A stretch of 63,850 nt of DNA from Octopus bimaculoides (lineage: Eukaryota), in the NCBI RefSeq assembly GCF_001194135.2, contig NC_068983.1, positions 138,749,126 through 138,812,975 of the forward strand. Direction: 5' to 3'. Below the pieces are notes generated by a model. It saw only the letters and a list, made by a program, of their open reading frames with translations, did not search any database and was not told the origin of the DNA. Below, piece by piece: positions 40,156-53,889 of this stretch; within the stretch, counting starts at the first letter, position 1, and each line of letters opens with the position of its first letter. Both the position numbers and the translations under genes were made by a program.

Positions 40156-40900
40156 TTAGGTCGTCAAGTATGAAATTTATAGAAAAGAAAAAAAAAAACT
40201 ATTTGCTAATGTTTTATAAATAGACGGAATAGTTTTATTCATCAAAGTATGCATCCATATTGTCAATATACTTTTGCCATTTCAGCGGTAGCTTTTCAAG
40301 CCCGGAACTGTAAAAGCCTGGCAATCTAGTGTCAGTAAAATCCTGGAATGCTGGTTTTAAATCATCGTTAGAATTAAATTTTTTCCCTATCAAAAAGTTA
40401 TCCAAATTTTGGAAGAAGTGGTAGTCAGTCGGGTCAAGTTCAGGTGAGTACGGTGGATGATGGAGAACTTCCACCTCCAAATCTTGTAGTTTCGCCAATG
40501 TCATTTTTGCGATGTGTGGTCTAGCGTTGTCTTGCAATAAACTAGGAGTGGATCTGATGACTAACTGTTACAATTTTCATAGATCATTGATTTTTGTGAC
40601 GAGAAAGTAGCACAATGCAGGCTTTCAAACATTCCTGCTCCTGATTTTCATTGCGTTCATGAGGATCCCACTTATCCAACTTTTCCACTTTACCGACTTG
40701 AACTAGATGAGTCAATGTTGTTTGCTTGCTAACACCAAACAGTAACGATAATTCACGGGCACGTTGAGAGGGACCTGATTCGACGGTGGCTTTCACTTCG
40801 TCATTATCCACCTTTTTTCTGGTCGAGCGCGTTGCTCATTTGCGAGGTCAAAGTTACCAGAACGAAATTTTGCAAGCCAAGTTGATACTGTCTGCTGTGT
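40156..40900 (-). mobile_element. Mariner (cecropia/Hsmar1-like) transposon remnant; 5'-truncated and internally deleted
   Basis: Minus strand: WLAKFRSGNFDLANE, KLDKWDPHE, QDNARPH, HPPYSPELDPTDYHFF. 3' TIR-like TA|TTAGGTCGTCAAGTATG at 40154-40172. The segment with the first catalytic D is missing between about 40584 and 40545. Confidence 0.92.
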
Positions 40901-41406
40901 AATAAAATTAGAATGAAATATGGTAAATTACGCATGAAGCTTTCTATTTGTTGTAGCATTACGTTAATGTGATTTGCATGTAAAAATTGAAGTATCCAAA
41001 GTGTTTGGAGAAATATTGGAAAATATCTGTACTAAATTCAGCGTGAAGGGGTACAATGATTTTCAACAATACTCAGGAGGAGTACTAATTATAAGAACAC
41101 GCACATAAACTCGCAAACACTCATTGTATATAAAAACATGTCGTAACTGTACAAGGAAAAACATAAGTTTGACGCCCGGGGAAGTGGAAAGTGATAAATT
41201 TGACATTCAAAAATCATCTTTCTACGTAATACATCGGAGGTACTCTAAAGTGGAATGTGAGAAACCAAACCCTAAAAATATTTCATTAATAATACAAATA
41301 ACTAAAGGGAATCGAGGGGAAAGTGTCCACAGGAAATCTATTAATTTGTACAAATACAAAGCCAAAAAGAAAACAATAATAATAATACAAAGCAAAAATG
41401 CCCTAT

Positions 41407-41407
<1 letters not shown>

Positions 41408-41482
<75 letters not shown>

Positions 41483-41791
41483 GTAATAATAATAATAATA
41501 ACAATAATCCTTTCTACTAAAGGTACGAAGAATAAAATTTGGGGACAGGGGCTAGTCGATTATATGAACCCCAGTGTGTATCTAGTACCTATTTCATCAA
41601 CCCCGAAAGGATTAAAGGCAAAGTCAATCTCAGCGCTATTTGAACTCAGAATGTAAACACAGACGAAATATCACTAAGCAGTTTGCATGGCATGTAAATG
41701 ATTCTGCCAACTCGATACCTTAATAATAACAATAATAATAATGATAAGAACAACAACAATAACAATAATGACAATAACAATAATAATCACG

Positions 41792-41882
<91 letters not shown>
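41408..41882. repeat. Two long (AAT)n/(AAC)n microsatellites flanking a SINE
   Basis: (AAT)n at about 41408-41505 and about 41721-41882. Confidence 0.97.
41505..41712 (-). mobile_element. SINE family B (tRNA-derived head, (ATT)n tail in element orientation)
   Basis: Minus strand begins GAGTTGGCAGAATCATTTAC (A-box-like) and contains TGAGTTCAAATAGC (B-box-like). It ends ...TAGTAGAAAGGATT(ATT)n. Confidence 0.8.
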
Positions 41883-41883
<1 letters not shown>

Positions 41884-43343
41884 CTTTTTTTATTAGTGCC
41901 AAAAGGGCAATAGATGATGGTGAACCGCAGAGGGAGATTACGAATTGTGCTGGGAGGTTTATATAGAAATTGAATTTCAAATAGAAACACAAAGCCATGC
42001 ATTTTGGCTAGTGTATAGTTTATTATATTATCCCTTCTCCTACATATGAGTGGTACTTTATTTTATCAATCTAACCAAATGAAAGGCAGCGTGAACCACC
42101 TTGGCAGAACATAGAGCGACATGAAACATTTCAACGACAAAATATTTTATTTTTCACAAATCAGATTCCACCAAGGATTTTTAACAAAGATTTTATTTTT
42201 TAACAAGGGCCAGTGATTATAGTGAGAGGAAAAATAATGGATTATATCAAACCTAGTGCTTTCTTTTCTTTTTTAACTCCCAAATTATGAAAAGCTACGT
42301 CAATTTGAAAATAATTAAATAATGTATATTTTGTCTGATGCTCTGCGAATGTGGCAAACCAATGCCATTAGCAATAATAATGATAGTAATTAATTATTTT
42401 ATTGGCCACAAGGGCTTGCATAATAATNNNNNNNNNNNNNNNNNNNNNNNNNNNNNNNNNNNNNNNNNNNNNNNNNNNNNNNNNNNNNNNNNNNNNNNNN
42501 NNNNNNNNNNNNNNNNNNNNNNNNNNNNNNNNNNNNNNNNNNNNNNNNNNNNNNNNNNNNNNNNNNNNNNNNNNNNNNNNNNNNNNNNNNNNNNNNNNNN
42601 NNNNNNNNNNNNNNNNNNNNNNNNNNNNNNNNNNNNNNNNNNNNNNNNNNNNNNNNNNNNNNNNNNNNNNNNNNNNNNNNNNNNNNNNNNNNNNNNNNNN
42701 NNNNNNNNNNNNNNNNNNNNNNNNNNNNNNNNNNNNNNNNNNNNNNNNNNNNNNNNNNNNNNNNNNNNNNNNNNNNNNNNNNNNNNNNNNNNNNNNNNNN
42801 NNNNNNNNNNNNNNNNNNNNNNNNNNNNNNNNNNNNNNNNNNNNNNNNNNNNNNNNNNNNNNNNNNNNNNNNNNNNNNNNNNNNNNNNNNNNNNNNNNNN
42901 NNNNNNNNNNNNNNNNNNNNNNNNNNNNNNNNNNNNNNNNNNNNNNNNNNNNNNNNNNNNNNNNNNNNNNNNNNNNNNNNNNNNNNNNNNNNNNNNNNNN
43001 NNNNNNNNNNNNNNNNNNNNNNNNNNNNNNNNNNNNNNNNNNNNNNNNNNNNNNNNNNNNNNNNNNNNNNNNNNNNNNNNNNNNNNNNNNNNNNNNNNNN
43101 NNNNNNNNNNNNNNNNNNNNNNNNNNNNNNNNNNNNNNNNNNNNNNNNNNNNNNNNNNNNNNNNNNNNNNNNNNNNNNNNNNNNNNNNNNNNNNNNNNNN
43201 NNNNNNNNNNNNNNNNNNNNNNNNNNNNNNNNNNNNNNNNNNNNNNNNNNNNNNNNNNNNNNNNNNNNNNNNNNNNNNNNNNNNNNNNNNNNNNNNNNNN
43301 NNNNNNNNNNNNNNGCAAATGGCACTCTTCTTTTAATTTTGAC

Positions 43344-43346
<3 letters not shown>

Positions 43347-43422
<76 letters not shown>

Positions 43423-43620
43423 TGATGATGATGAGGATAATTTGTTGTTTTGACAAAAGGCCTCAGATATGTAATGCAGGAGAAGCAAAGTCTATTGTTC
43501 CCTTAAAAACATGACTAAAAAAATTAAAAGCATGGTTCTCCTTGGTAGGATTTAAACTTAAAATGTATGGAGACAGGAACTGGACGCTGTAAGACACTTA
43601 GTCAATCGGCAACATCATTA
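43347..43620 (-). mobile_element. Degenerate SINE family B copy with long (ATT)n/(ATC)n tail
   Basis: (AAT)n/(GAT)n at 43347-43432 is followed by ACAAAAGGCC... and a decayed head near 43540-43620. Confidence 0.5.
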
Positions 43621-43835
43621 AATGTCAACTCAGACAGACAGACAGTTTTCAGCAAACTCAGCATTAGCTAAAACCCCATACATGTTCTTTATGATGTCAT
43701 AAAGTATCACTTCAAAGAGGTGATGAAAAACAAAACAAATAGCAACCCCAAACAAACCCGGGAAGGATAACCATCAGATTGTAAACCATATTAACTATTT
43801 TTACAGAAATATATAGATATAAATTATATACACGC

Positions 43836-43874
<39 letters not shown>

Positions 43875-44184
43875 TATGAATTATATACATGCTTACATAT
43901 AATATATATATACATATATATATACACACAATCACACAAATACAAGCATATATATAATCTAAAAGAAGAAAATTCATAATGCTANNNNNNNNNNNNNNNN
44001 NNNNNNNNNNNNNNNNNNNNNNNNNNNNNNNNNNNNNNNNNNNNNNNNNNNNNNNNNNNNNNNNNNNNNNNNNNNNNNNNNNNNNNNNNNNNNNNNNNNN
44101 NNNNNNNNNNNNNNNNNNNNNNNNNNNNNNNNNNNNNNNNNNNNNNNNNNNNNNNNNNNNNNNNNNNNNNNNNNNNNNNNNNNN

Positions 44185-44237
<53 letters not shown>

Positions 44238-44689
44238 GCAGATAGATAGATAGATATAGATATTATATACATCAATGTTTTCTTTAAGTCAAATAAGCTA
44301 AGGAAACCTGGCACTGGTAAACAATGGCAAGGTTGATGATGATGAATGGTAATTTAAGGGGAGGGGCAAGATGAGAAAGTGGGGGGACAAGATAGATGAG
44401 TTGATACAGCAGTGAGATTGATGATGGTGCTAGTAGTGCTGTATGCATATATGTATATATAAATACATTGGTAAATACATATATATACCTATGCACGCAC
44501 ACAGATACACACATGCACACACATGCGAGCGCGCCCCCATACACAGACACAGATACACAGACAAACAAGCACATATATATTCCTGTGCATGATTGCCTGT
44601 CCTTACAATTGTGCCGAATAAGCAGGGAAGACATGGTATATAACGGTGCAGTATTAGAAAAGCTGAAATAACCTTCCATGAAGAAAACA

Positions 44690-44945
44690 CAATCCTATTG
44701 TCGAGAATCAAGTCCAAAAAGCCACCATATTTCGGACATAAAATACGTCACGAGTCACTGACCAAAACCATCATGACAAGCGTTGTGGAAAGGAAAATGT
44801 AAAAGGTCGTTGAAGACGTCTGTCAATTTATAACATCAAGAAATCGACTGGAAACAAGAGCTTGGCTGATTCCATGAATATAACACAGGACGGAGGAACA
44901 TGGAGCGTCTTGTTAAACCGACCTCTGCCTATGAGGAGTGTGCTT
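44690..44945 (+). mobile_element. RTE-clade LINE 3' fragment
   Basis: RIKSKKPPYFGHKIRHESLTKTIMTSVVE..KGR..NIKKSTG..QDGGTW matches the C-terminal pattern KLxYFGH..R..L.K.I..G..RGR..W.D.I..DR..W. Confidence 0.7.
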
Positions 44946-47900
44946 GGTTAATAATACACGCAAGCACGCACACCCAGATTTATATAGAACAGCCTTTTTT
45001 TTAGGAAGGGATGGAATGCTATCTTGCATCGATTACAGCTCCCTTGGTTGCATTTTATGCTTAAGTGAATTAAAATTGCTTCAGTTTCTCGTATAACTTT
45101 GTCATAATCTGGAATCTAGCACCAGTTCATCCTTGGTTTCTCGACCAATGTTCGCTTATATAACTTCCATTTAATATGTTCTTGATGCCTTTCCCAAGAA
45201 GGCAAGCAAACAAGCAGGCAACCAACCACCAACCACCAACAAAACAACCAAAATCAGCTGAAACGTAATTGCAAGTATGAAATGATTAATAATAATGATG
45301 CAATGCAAATATTTATTTCATTCAACTGTAAACAACAACTCATCCTTGTATACTAATACGGTAAGGAGTCATCTCAAATATATTCTATATTTTGTATATA
45401 ATATTGTTCCAAGGCTTTCATCTTAATATTGAAATCACATTGAATATTGTAATGAATGATGCTATTAGAAGAAGAAATATTTCAATCATTTCATCCGTAT
45501 TATTTCCAAGGAACGGATGGAAATCCTTACTAATAAAGCGACATTGAAAAGAAATTATATGATGAAAATATTAGGATTTGTATATTTGCTTATTTTTCCT
45601 GATTCCATTGAAAGCAAGATAAATATATCACCGAAAGGATATGTAGTCCATGATGTAATAAGTACACATGGACAACATCATGAAACATTAATATTAATTC
45701 TTAACAGTAGGCCAATGCAACACTTTTAGCAACATCAAATTCACTAAAATAAGACATAGTTAACCTTTAACATTATGTGAAAGCGAAATGTAAATGGATG
45801 TAACTTTGTATAGCAAGGGATTTTCTTCGACATCCTATTGAATCTGCCACTCATAGTATATTAAGCTTCCGTTATATGGGTTTTGTAGAATAGACTTTAT
45901 TACAGAATTGATATGGTGAAGACAAATATATGAAGTTAGCTTTCCTTTGTATAATTGCAGAATAGCATTGTTTCGAATTTAGCACCACATGTTAAGTAGA
46001 ATATTTAGTATAATTATTTTCTAATTTAGGATGATTTCACAATATCATTCTAAGATGACGGAGAGACATTACATTTAACTACAGGCATTTAACTGCATGT
46101 GTTAGAATATAACAGCATATAAACTTCCTGAGGCAAATTGTCGATATATTATCTTACAGTAACTAATAATTATTTGCTTCTATTGCGCCATTACCTCATA
46201 CTATACACAGGAATTCCTGCAGATAATTTTTATATTAGATCATCACACATGATATACAAAATTCCATTTAATTTTCGGTCTTCAGTCTCCCTCAGGATAA
46301 ATGTTTTCAGTTGTCCTGCACATCCGTTTTTGATATTTGTTTCTAATTATAAAATACGGCTTCGTTGTGCATAATATTTGTTACACCTCAGTTGTCAACT
46401 GGATACCCAATTACGATAAAATTATCTGAAATTATATAAAATGGATTTACTGTTTATATTTAATGATGTGTTTGCTGTTGAAACATATTTACATTTTCTA
46501 CTCGAAATCTATTCAAGGTAAAAAAATTTAATGATTCTTTAGTTAGGAGTAAAAAGTAGTTAAAGGACAACTGTGATGCTTTTGAACCTTGTTAACAATG
46601 TTAGTGATGTGCTCCCACTGTTTCATATATCAACTTGTTATTTGTAAACAAACATAGAGGTGTTCAACATTTGATTGTAGAAAAATAAGGTAAAACATCT
46701 TTTAACATACAATATTCCATTTTGTTATAACCTTTCTCTTGTTATTTCTGAATGGAAAATAAGGTTTGTCAAAAGACATAAAAAAAGACCGAAAACATTA
46801 TCTTTGCCAATTTAACTGTAGTATACAGGGTAAAGTTACTCAGACATGTGCATACACGCAAAATAGACCCAAGAACGTCTTGTTAAATGGAATAGTTTGC
46901 GTTGCAGGAGGGTACTGGAAGTTACGGGAAGGAGGGTAAAGATGAACAAATATTTCCCCTTGTATTAGTGGTGGGTAACTCAGACTGTCGATAGCACTCA
47001 AGATTAAAAGTCAGTTAGTGGAATGGTGTGACTGTGTAAGTTGAAGTGCATGGTGACATACTTAGAAACATTATTAGCAACGTTATGGGCCTCTGGAAAT
47101 CTTATTCTAAACGCCAACCGTATCGTCTATATACAAGGGCATGCAGACTCTCAATGCTAAACACTATTCTTGGATGAATAAAGAGTCGATTACATTAAGT
47201 GTAGTATTTGAGGCTTCGTTCAAGTTCACCTGTGAGCTATACCAGAAACATGTAACCCACTACATGTTGTATAGTGGTGTCGTGGTTGACTAAGCCAGTA
47301 ATCCCACTATGTCTACTTAGTGTGGTAGGCGACTTTTTGACACTCCACAGTATGGAAAAATATGCGTCAAAGAGCTGATAAATACGGAAGTGGGAGTTAT
47401 CCTTCTTTATCGTGCATGTATAGATGTTTAAAGTGTACGCAAGGACTGAATTTTCGGATGCTTGTGTGAAGAAATCCCAGCCACCGATGGTCAAGATTCA
47501 AGGGACAGAAAGCGGCATCCATCTTAGAGTAGGGTGAAATACGTACATTACGCCGGGTGTCACTTCTCTCTCCTTGTTATATCTTCAGTCGTTTAGGTTA
47601 ACTAGCTATTAGTCCAGTGACTCAGGGATGTGAGAATGAAGCTGGTTGTCCGGTACAGACATTTCTAGCTATTACCGATGTTCATTGCAAGTTAGGACTA
47701 AATTTTTCTTGATGTCACCTACAGTGGTTCACATTTTGCTGAGATCGAGATAACATATTCATCTGCAACAATAAAATGCAAGTATGTAACTACTTACGTA
47801 CTTTTGTCGCGTTACAGGCATAATTTCGGTGGAAATCGTTACTAATCTGCGGTGTAATTTCTGCAGGGTATGAGGGTAGCGTAATGGGAATAATCGAGAA

Positions 47901-50687
47901 AGAAGGATGGATATACATTATTTCAAATTAGTAGATTTGTGATTTTGTAGATAAAGTGACAAGTATGGCATCAGGGGCAGCAGCAAGTAGAAGATCGAGA
48001 CTGGTAGACGTTAATGACAAGGAAATCAAATAGATATTTGTGATTTTAGCTGGGGAATTCTTCTGAGTTGTAAGGTGCTTTACTTACACATTTAGAATAA
48101 AACCCACCATTATTTTGGTTATAGAGACTTGTTTAAATGTCGCTATCTATTTTGAAAAACTTATACCATATAGTTCTTATGTTTTAGCGTGTTAGTGATG
48201 TATACTTAAGTACTGAGATATTTAATAGGTATTCGTATTGAACTAGCAGCCAACGCATTTATCTAAAAGTTGGTGCAAACATAATTCTTCACATTCAATT
48301 GAAAGTTTATCTCTCATTGTGCACCATAGACTCAAGATGGACATTGAATATATAACATTGAAAATAATATATAATTAAATAGACAACATTGAAAACATAA
48401 ATATATATAAATCTACTAAGGAGAGATTATTATATTTCATTTCTTTTTTTCTTCCTGTCTATGATATCACTATTCATAGCTTCTTATTTAAAGAATTCCT
48501 GTACATAGAAACTTTCGAAGTAATATAATGCAGCATATAAATGCTTTATTTGCTTAAGCTCTGAGACTGCTTAATATCAATCACTTTACTTCGTGAATAA
48601 ATTTCAAATAAGGTGCCACGCCAGCCAAATGATAATAGATTATATTTCACTATACTCTATACAAATCTACTAAAAGAAACCATTTAACAGTTATTTGTGA
48701 GGTAGAGGTGATCAGTGTGAAAAATTTCAAAAAGTAAACACTTTCAGAGGAGATTGATAAAGGTATGTTTTGAATAGTATTGAATAATTTGGTTTGCGTG
48801 CAATCTAATAGCTTAGGAAAGTTGTCTAACAGTTGAAGAGTGATTGGTTCGTATCATGTTTTTGTATGTTTCCAATGCGAAATGGTATCTTATATGTCGA
48901 TGCATCAATTTATTTGTTGCTACTGTTTAGCATCTTGTGATCCCTGATAAAGTAGCACTAAACCGTTAATCAACACGTAATTAGCTATGACTAACCTCGC
49001 TTGTAATGGCTATTATTATTGTTTCATGTGTGACTTTCCGATTTAAAATGGACAATTATGATTAGAAGATTTGACTCCAATTTCTCGCCTGTCAGGCGAC
49101 GACTTATCATTTCTATCGCTCTGACGTGTTTCGTACAATGTGTGGAATCAGATATTGGGAAAATGAACATCAATATGACAGATCCTCTTCTTTGACAAAT
49201 ATATTGGTAGATTACCTTTCTGAATATGAATTTCCCCTGTTATGTTTATTGCTAATAAAGAAAAACAAGTTATTTCAAAAGTGATATATTAATCTTGTTC
49301 AAGCAAGCTCGACTAGATCATGATAGTGATCTGAAACACATCCAGTCATCTGAGATTTCGCAAGCAAATGGAAGACAAAACTTCCTGTAAGTGACCTTAC
49401 AATTTAAAAGAAAAGATAACGAACTTAGGAGAAAATCTTTTTAAAAGCAACGTAAGTTTCAGTATTGTTCGAGATCCATGGTGAAGCATATCGTGTTCAG
49501 TCAGCAAGGCATAGAGTGCTCTTCCTCTGTCTGTCTGTCTGTCTCTATCTATCTATCCTTATGCATGCATATGTGCATGCACACGTACACACACACACAC
49601 ACACACGTTAATATACATGCACACTTACACACACATGTATATGTATATACATGTGTATAGATGTATACACTGCCCCCTCCACAAGATATATATATATATA
49701 TATATTATATGTATATATGCATGCATATATTGGGGATGTAGTTGCGCTAATTAATAATATTAACGAAAATACCTCAGAGATTTCTGCATATCAAATACAT
49801 ATAGATTAAAGTCTCTTATATTTGATATATGAAAATGAAAAATGTAAATGAACTAAAATTAAGGATGCAAACATTAGGCACAATTTCCCTATGGATGTGC
49901 TTAAAATAGAAGCGCAAAAAAGGGATATAAATCTACGATCACTTCGTTTTATGAGAATTATGTTCATTGTGTATTATCGATTGTGACTGATAGATCTACT
50001 TCCATCGATGTTGCCTATATTAGGAAAAAATTCGATAAATTCGTTATATTGGATATAACTATACAAGTTATATTGTATATTGTTTATAACTATACCACTC
50101 GCTTGTTATTTTGTTGGATTTTAAACATCTCTGGAGAAAATGCTTGTCACTTATTAATTTGGATAATCCAACTGAGCTTATTTATTTTCTTTAATTTTAC
50201 CATACTTTGCATTTAACCTCCTACTGCGTTCATATGTACAAGACAAGGCATTGAAGTAATGTATTTTCCCTCACCGAGACATTCGTTCTGTAGATATTCC
50301 GTGATACAAAAACTACATAACGAACACAACCGTACAACTCAGGTCAAGAAAATCACGGGCAATAGTGGTTTTCATATGTTACTTTGTATTTTTTTGTCCA
50401 TCAAAATAACTCGAAGAAAGAGAGGGTAAATAATCTCGTTACCATATTAATATTATGAGGAGAATATGGTCAGAAATGCGGGAAATATCAAGAAGTCCTA
50501 TTCTAATATGCATTTAAATTGTATCGAGCTAAAATATAACCGAAATAAGAGTTTCATCAGCTCAGTTTACTTAGCTGCAAATATGAGTATCTTTGTGCAA
50601 AAAACGGACCTCCAGTAACTCTGTAAACTCCATGGCTGTTTCTTTAAAATGCAGTACTTCGTTCAAATCTGTTTTTTTTCTTTTCAG

Positions 50688-50772
50688 GGTTGCTCTGATA
50701 ATTATATACGCCATTAATCTGAAACGTTCTATGTCAAGGAGACAACCAAAGCTATGTGGCTCTACAGATTAA
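50688..50772 (+). other. Candidate 3'-terminal coding exon (unverified)
   Basis: Strong acceptor TGTTTTTTTTCTTTTCAG|G; the phase-1 frame reads VALIIIYAINLKRSMSRRQPKLCGSTD*. No homology recognised. Confidence 0.25.
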
Positions 50773-51887
50773 TGCGTTAAAGAAATTAACCGGAAAAAAA
50801 CAACGTCTCTACCTCTACTATGCCGTTTAAGCTCGAATATGTTTCAGTTATTTAATAATATTCCACAATTCTTGCTGCCACCTGCAAATTTTAATTTATT
50901 TATTTATTATGTATTTTTATATTAATTGATGTTTGTAGGATATATTTTTTGTCTCTCAGACTTACGTTTATTTTTGTTCATAAACTGATATCTATACTGA
51001 TATTTATATATCAGAGCAAAAATTGATATATAGCTATTTCACTTTTGAATTTTGGTGATAATAAGCCATGACTAGAATACAATATCCTGTGTTCTTCCTC
51101 TGCATGGTATAGCAGGCTATATTTTCTCCATTAATCTTTTTCAGTCGTGTCGAAACTCTTCTAAAGAAATGTATGAAACAAAACCTAAAAAAACAACCAC
51201 TCCCACATACATACCGAAGCAAAGAGCAAAAATAAAACAATCAGAAATTACAGTTTCATACAATTATTGATTCGAAATATATATTTAAGCATCGTTGACT
51301 TTTGATAAAATCAATATTTAATTCATAATCGAATGTGGAGCCCATTTATATGGTAAGCGTATTTCTACTTATACATATATTTATAGTTATATTCATGTGT
51401 ATCTCGATTGCTTCGATCTCTCAGTTAGAAACAAACGAATATATTCCTTTTAAATGCTGTTAGATAATTTCTATGGACCTATTTGAAACCAAATGAATAT
51501 ACACCCAACATTCTAGATGATAGATAGAATGTAAATCAAAACGATTTCCTTATTGGAAAAAAATATAATCTATCATTTCATCAAATTGAAGTGTGAGTGT
51601 GTGTGTGTGAGATTCTGAGCGTATGAGTGAGTATGAACGTACGTGTATGAGGGGCAGAACACGTGGGAGTGTATTTGTGTATATATGGGGTTAAGAGCTA
51701 GTCAGTGTTTGCTTACCGGAGTAGCTAAGTTTATTATGTCTGTGGAATAAAAAAACACACACGCGCACACACATAAACACACAGAGACACATACACAAAC
51801 ACCTCCCACACATACATGTACATCGAGGCATACATACGTACACTAAAGTATGTATACGTTTATGAGAGAGTGTAAAATATAAATGCA

Positions 51888-51936
<49 letters not shown>

Positions 51937-52637
51937 NNNNNNNNNNNNNNNNNNNNNNNNNNNNNNNNNNNNNNNNNNNNNNNNNNNNNNNNNNNNNNNN
52001 NNNNNNNNNNNNNNNNNNNNNNNNNNNNNNNNNNNNNNNNNNNNNNNNNNNNNNNNNNNNNNNNNNNNNNNNNNNNNNNNNNNNNNNNNNNNNNNNNNNN
52101 NNNNNNNNNNNNNNNNNNNNNNNNNNNNNNNNNNNNNNNNNNNNNNNNNNNNNNNNNNNNNNNNNNNNNNNNNNNNNNNNNNNNNNNNNNNNNNNNNNNN
52201 NNNNNNNNNNNNNNNNNNNNNNNNNNNNNNNNNNNNNNNNNNNNNNNNNNNNNNNNNNNNNNNNNNNNNNNNNNNNNNNNNNNNNNNNNNNNNNNNNNNN
52301 NNNNNNNNNNNNNNNNNNNNNNNNNNNNNNNNNNNNNNNNNNNNNNNNNNNNNNNNNNNNNNNNNNNNNNNNNNNNNNNNNNNNNNNNNNNNNNNNNNNN
52401 NNNNNNNNNNNNNNNNNNNNNNNNNNNNNNNNNNNNNNNNNNNNNNNNNNNNNNNNNNNNNNNNNNNNNNNNNNNNNNNNNNNNNNNNNNNNNNNNNNNN
52501 NNNNNNNNNNNNNNNNNNNNNNNNNNNNNNNNNNNNNNNNNNNNNNNNNNNNNNNNNNNNNNNNNNNNNNNNNNNNNNNNNNNNNNNNNNNNNNNNNNNN
52601 NNNNNNNNNNNNNNNNNNNNNNNNNNNNNNNNNNNNN

Positions 52638-52676
<39 letters not shown>

Positions 52677-53889
52677 GTTGATATGGATATACGTACATTC
52701 ATATACATATATACAAATGTTGATATGTATATACGTATATTCGTATATATATATATGTGTATGCGTTCGTGTATGAATGTATATTTGCGTACATCAAAGC
52801 TTCATCCAAAAACAAAAAATTCATCTTAAACGCAACACAATGAAATCTATTGACATATTTTTTTAAATACTTTTGATGAATTTATATTCCTATGTAATAT
52901 ACATGTGCGCATGTGTTTGCGACCATGTGTGTTGACATCTGCGCACACATATATATAAATGTATACAGGAGATTTTTATATGAAAACACATTCTAATTTG
53001 GGTCTTTGAAAATATTTTTCTGAAAGTGCATTTTGTTCTGCATATTGTGGCAATACCCCATATTTCATGTTAATAATGTCTTTTTTATTTGTGAATAAGG
53101 CTCACGCTTGGACGCTTAAAGTGCTGAATTTGCTTAATGTCTAATTTAAGTGGAGAGAAAAACCTGATACTTTCTTACGCTTTAGTAAACATGTTAATGA
53201 GTGAATGGAGTTAGGCATATGAACCGATTTTGCGTCATACTTATTCATTATTCGCTCTACTTGTATCTCTTATGAAGGTATATAGGTACATGGAATGTAA
53301 CAAATGAGCTTAAAACTGACTGAATTGTTTTTGTCATTTAACATATTAGAATCAAATATAAAATTTATATAAGTTTCTTTTGCCATCAAGAGACGTTGTA
53401 AATTAATAATAACCACACTTTTAATATTATGAAAGTTCTCAAAATCTGATATTCACATTTTGATATATTTCGATATCTGTCTTGTGAATATATATTTAAT
53501 CCTTCCATACTCTATCTCTATATGCATACACGTACATACATATAGATGTATGCATGCATCATTATATGAGGATACATACCTTAATATTCTAAGAATTTCG
53601 ATTCACAACAGTGTCGTTTTAAACATGAAAATGTACTATGTATTCTTTCTTCATTCAATATTGTTGTGTTAGTAATTTCATTACAATTCTCAAGCTAACA
53701 AAGACATGCATAATACATATACTCTCTTCTGAGTGTTTTCCATTATTTTCTTTTTCATACCTTTATAGGTTGTTCAAAGTCGGCAACATTTAGAGTAGTT
53801 TTACGTGACTGTGACGAGAGTTGCATATAGTTACAATCTACAACTTATTTGAAATGCTCTTTTACGAACAATACTAATGTGCATGAAAT

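Noticed and set aside
49115-49160. Minus-strand CTGATT...CGAAACACGTCAGA resembling a hammerhead
   Set aside because: The core reads CTGATTC rather than CTGANGA and stem II has no partner strand.
52672-52790. About 42-bp near-duplication (AAATGTTGATATG..TATACGTA.ATTC.TATA)
   Set aside because: Low-complexity TA-rich slippage next to a gap; uninformative.
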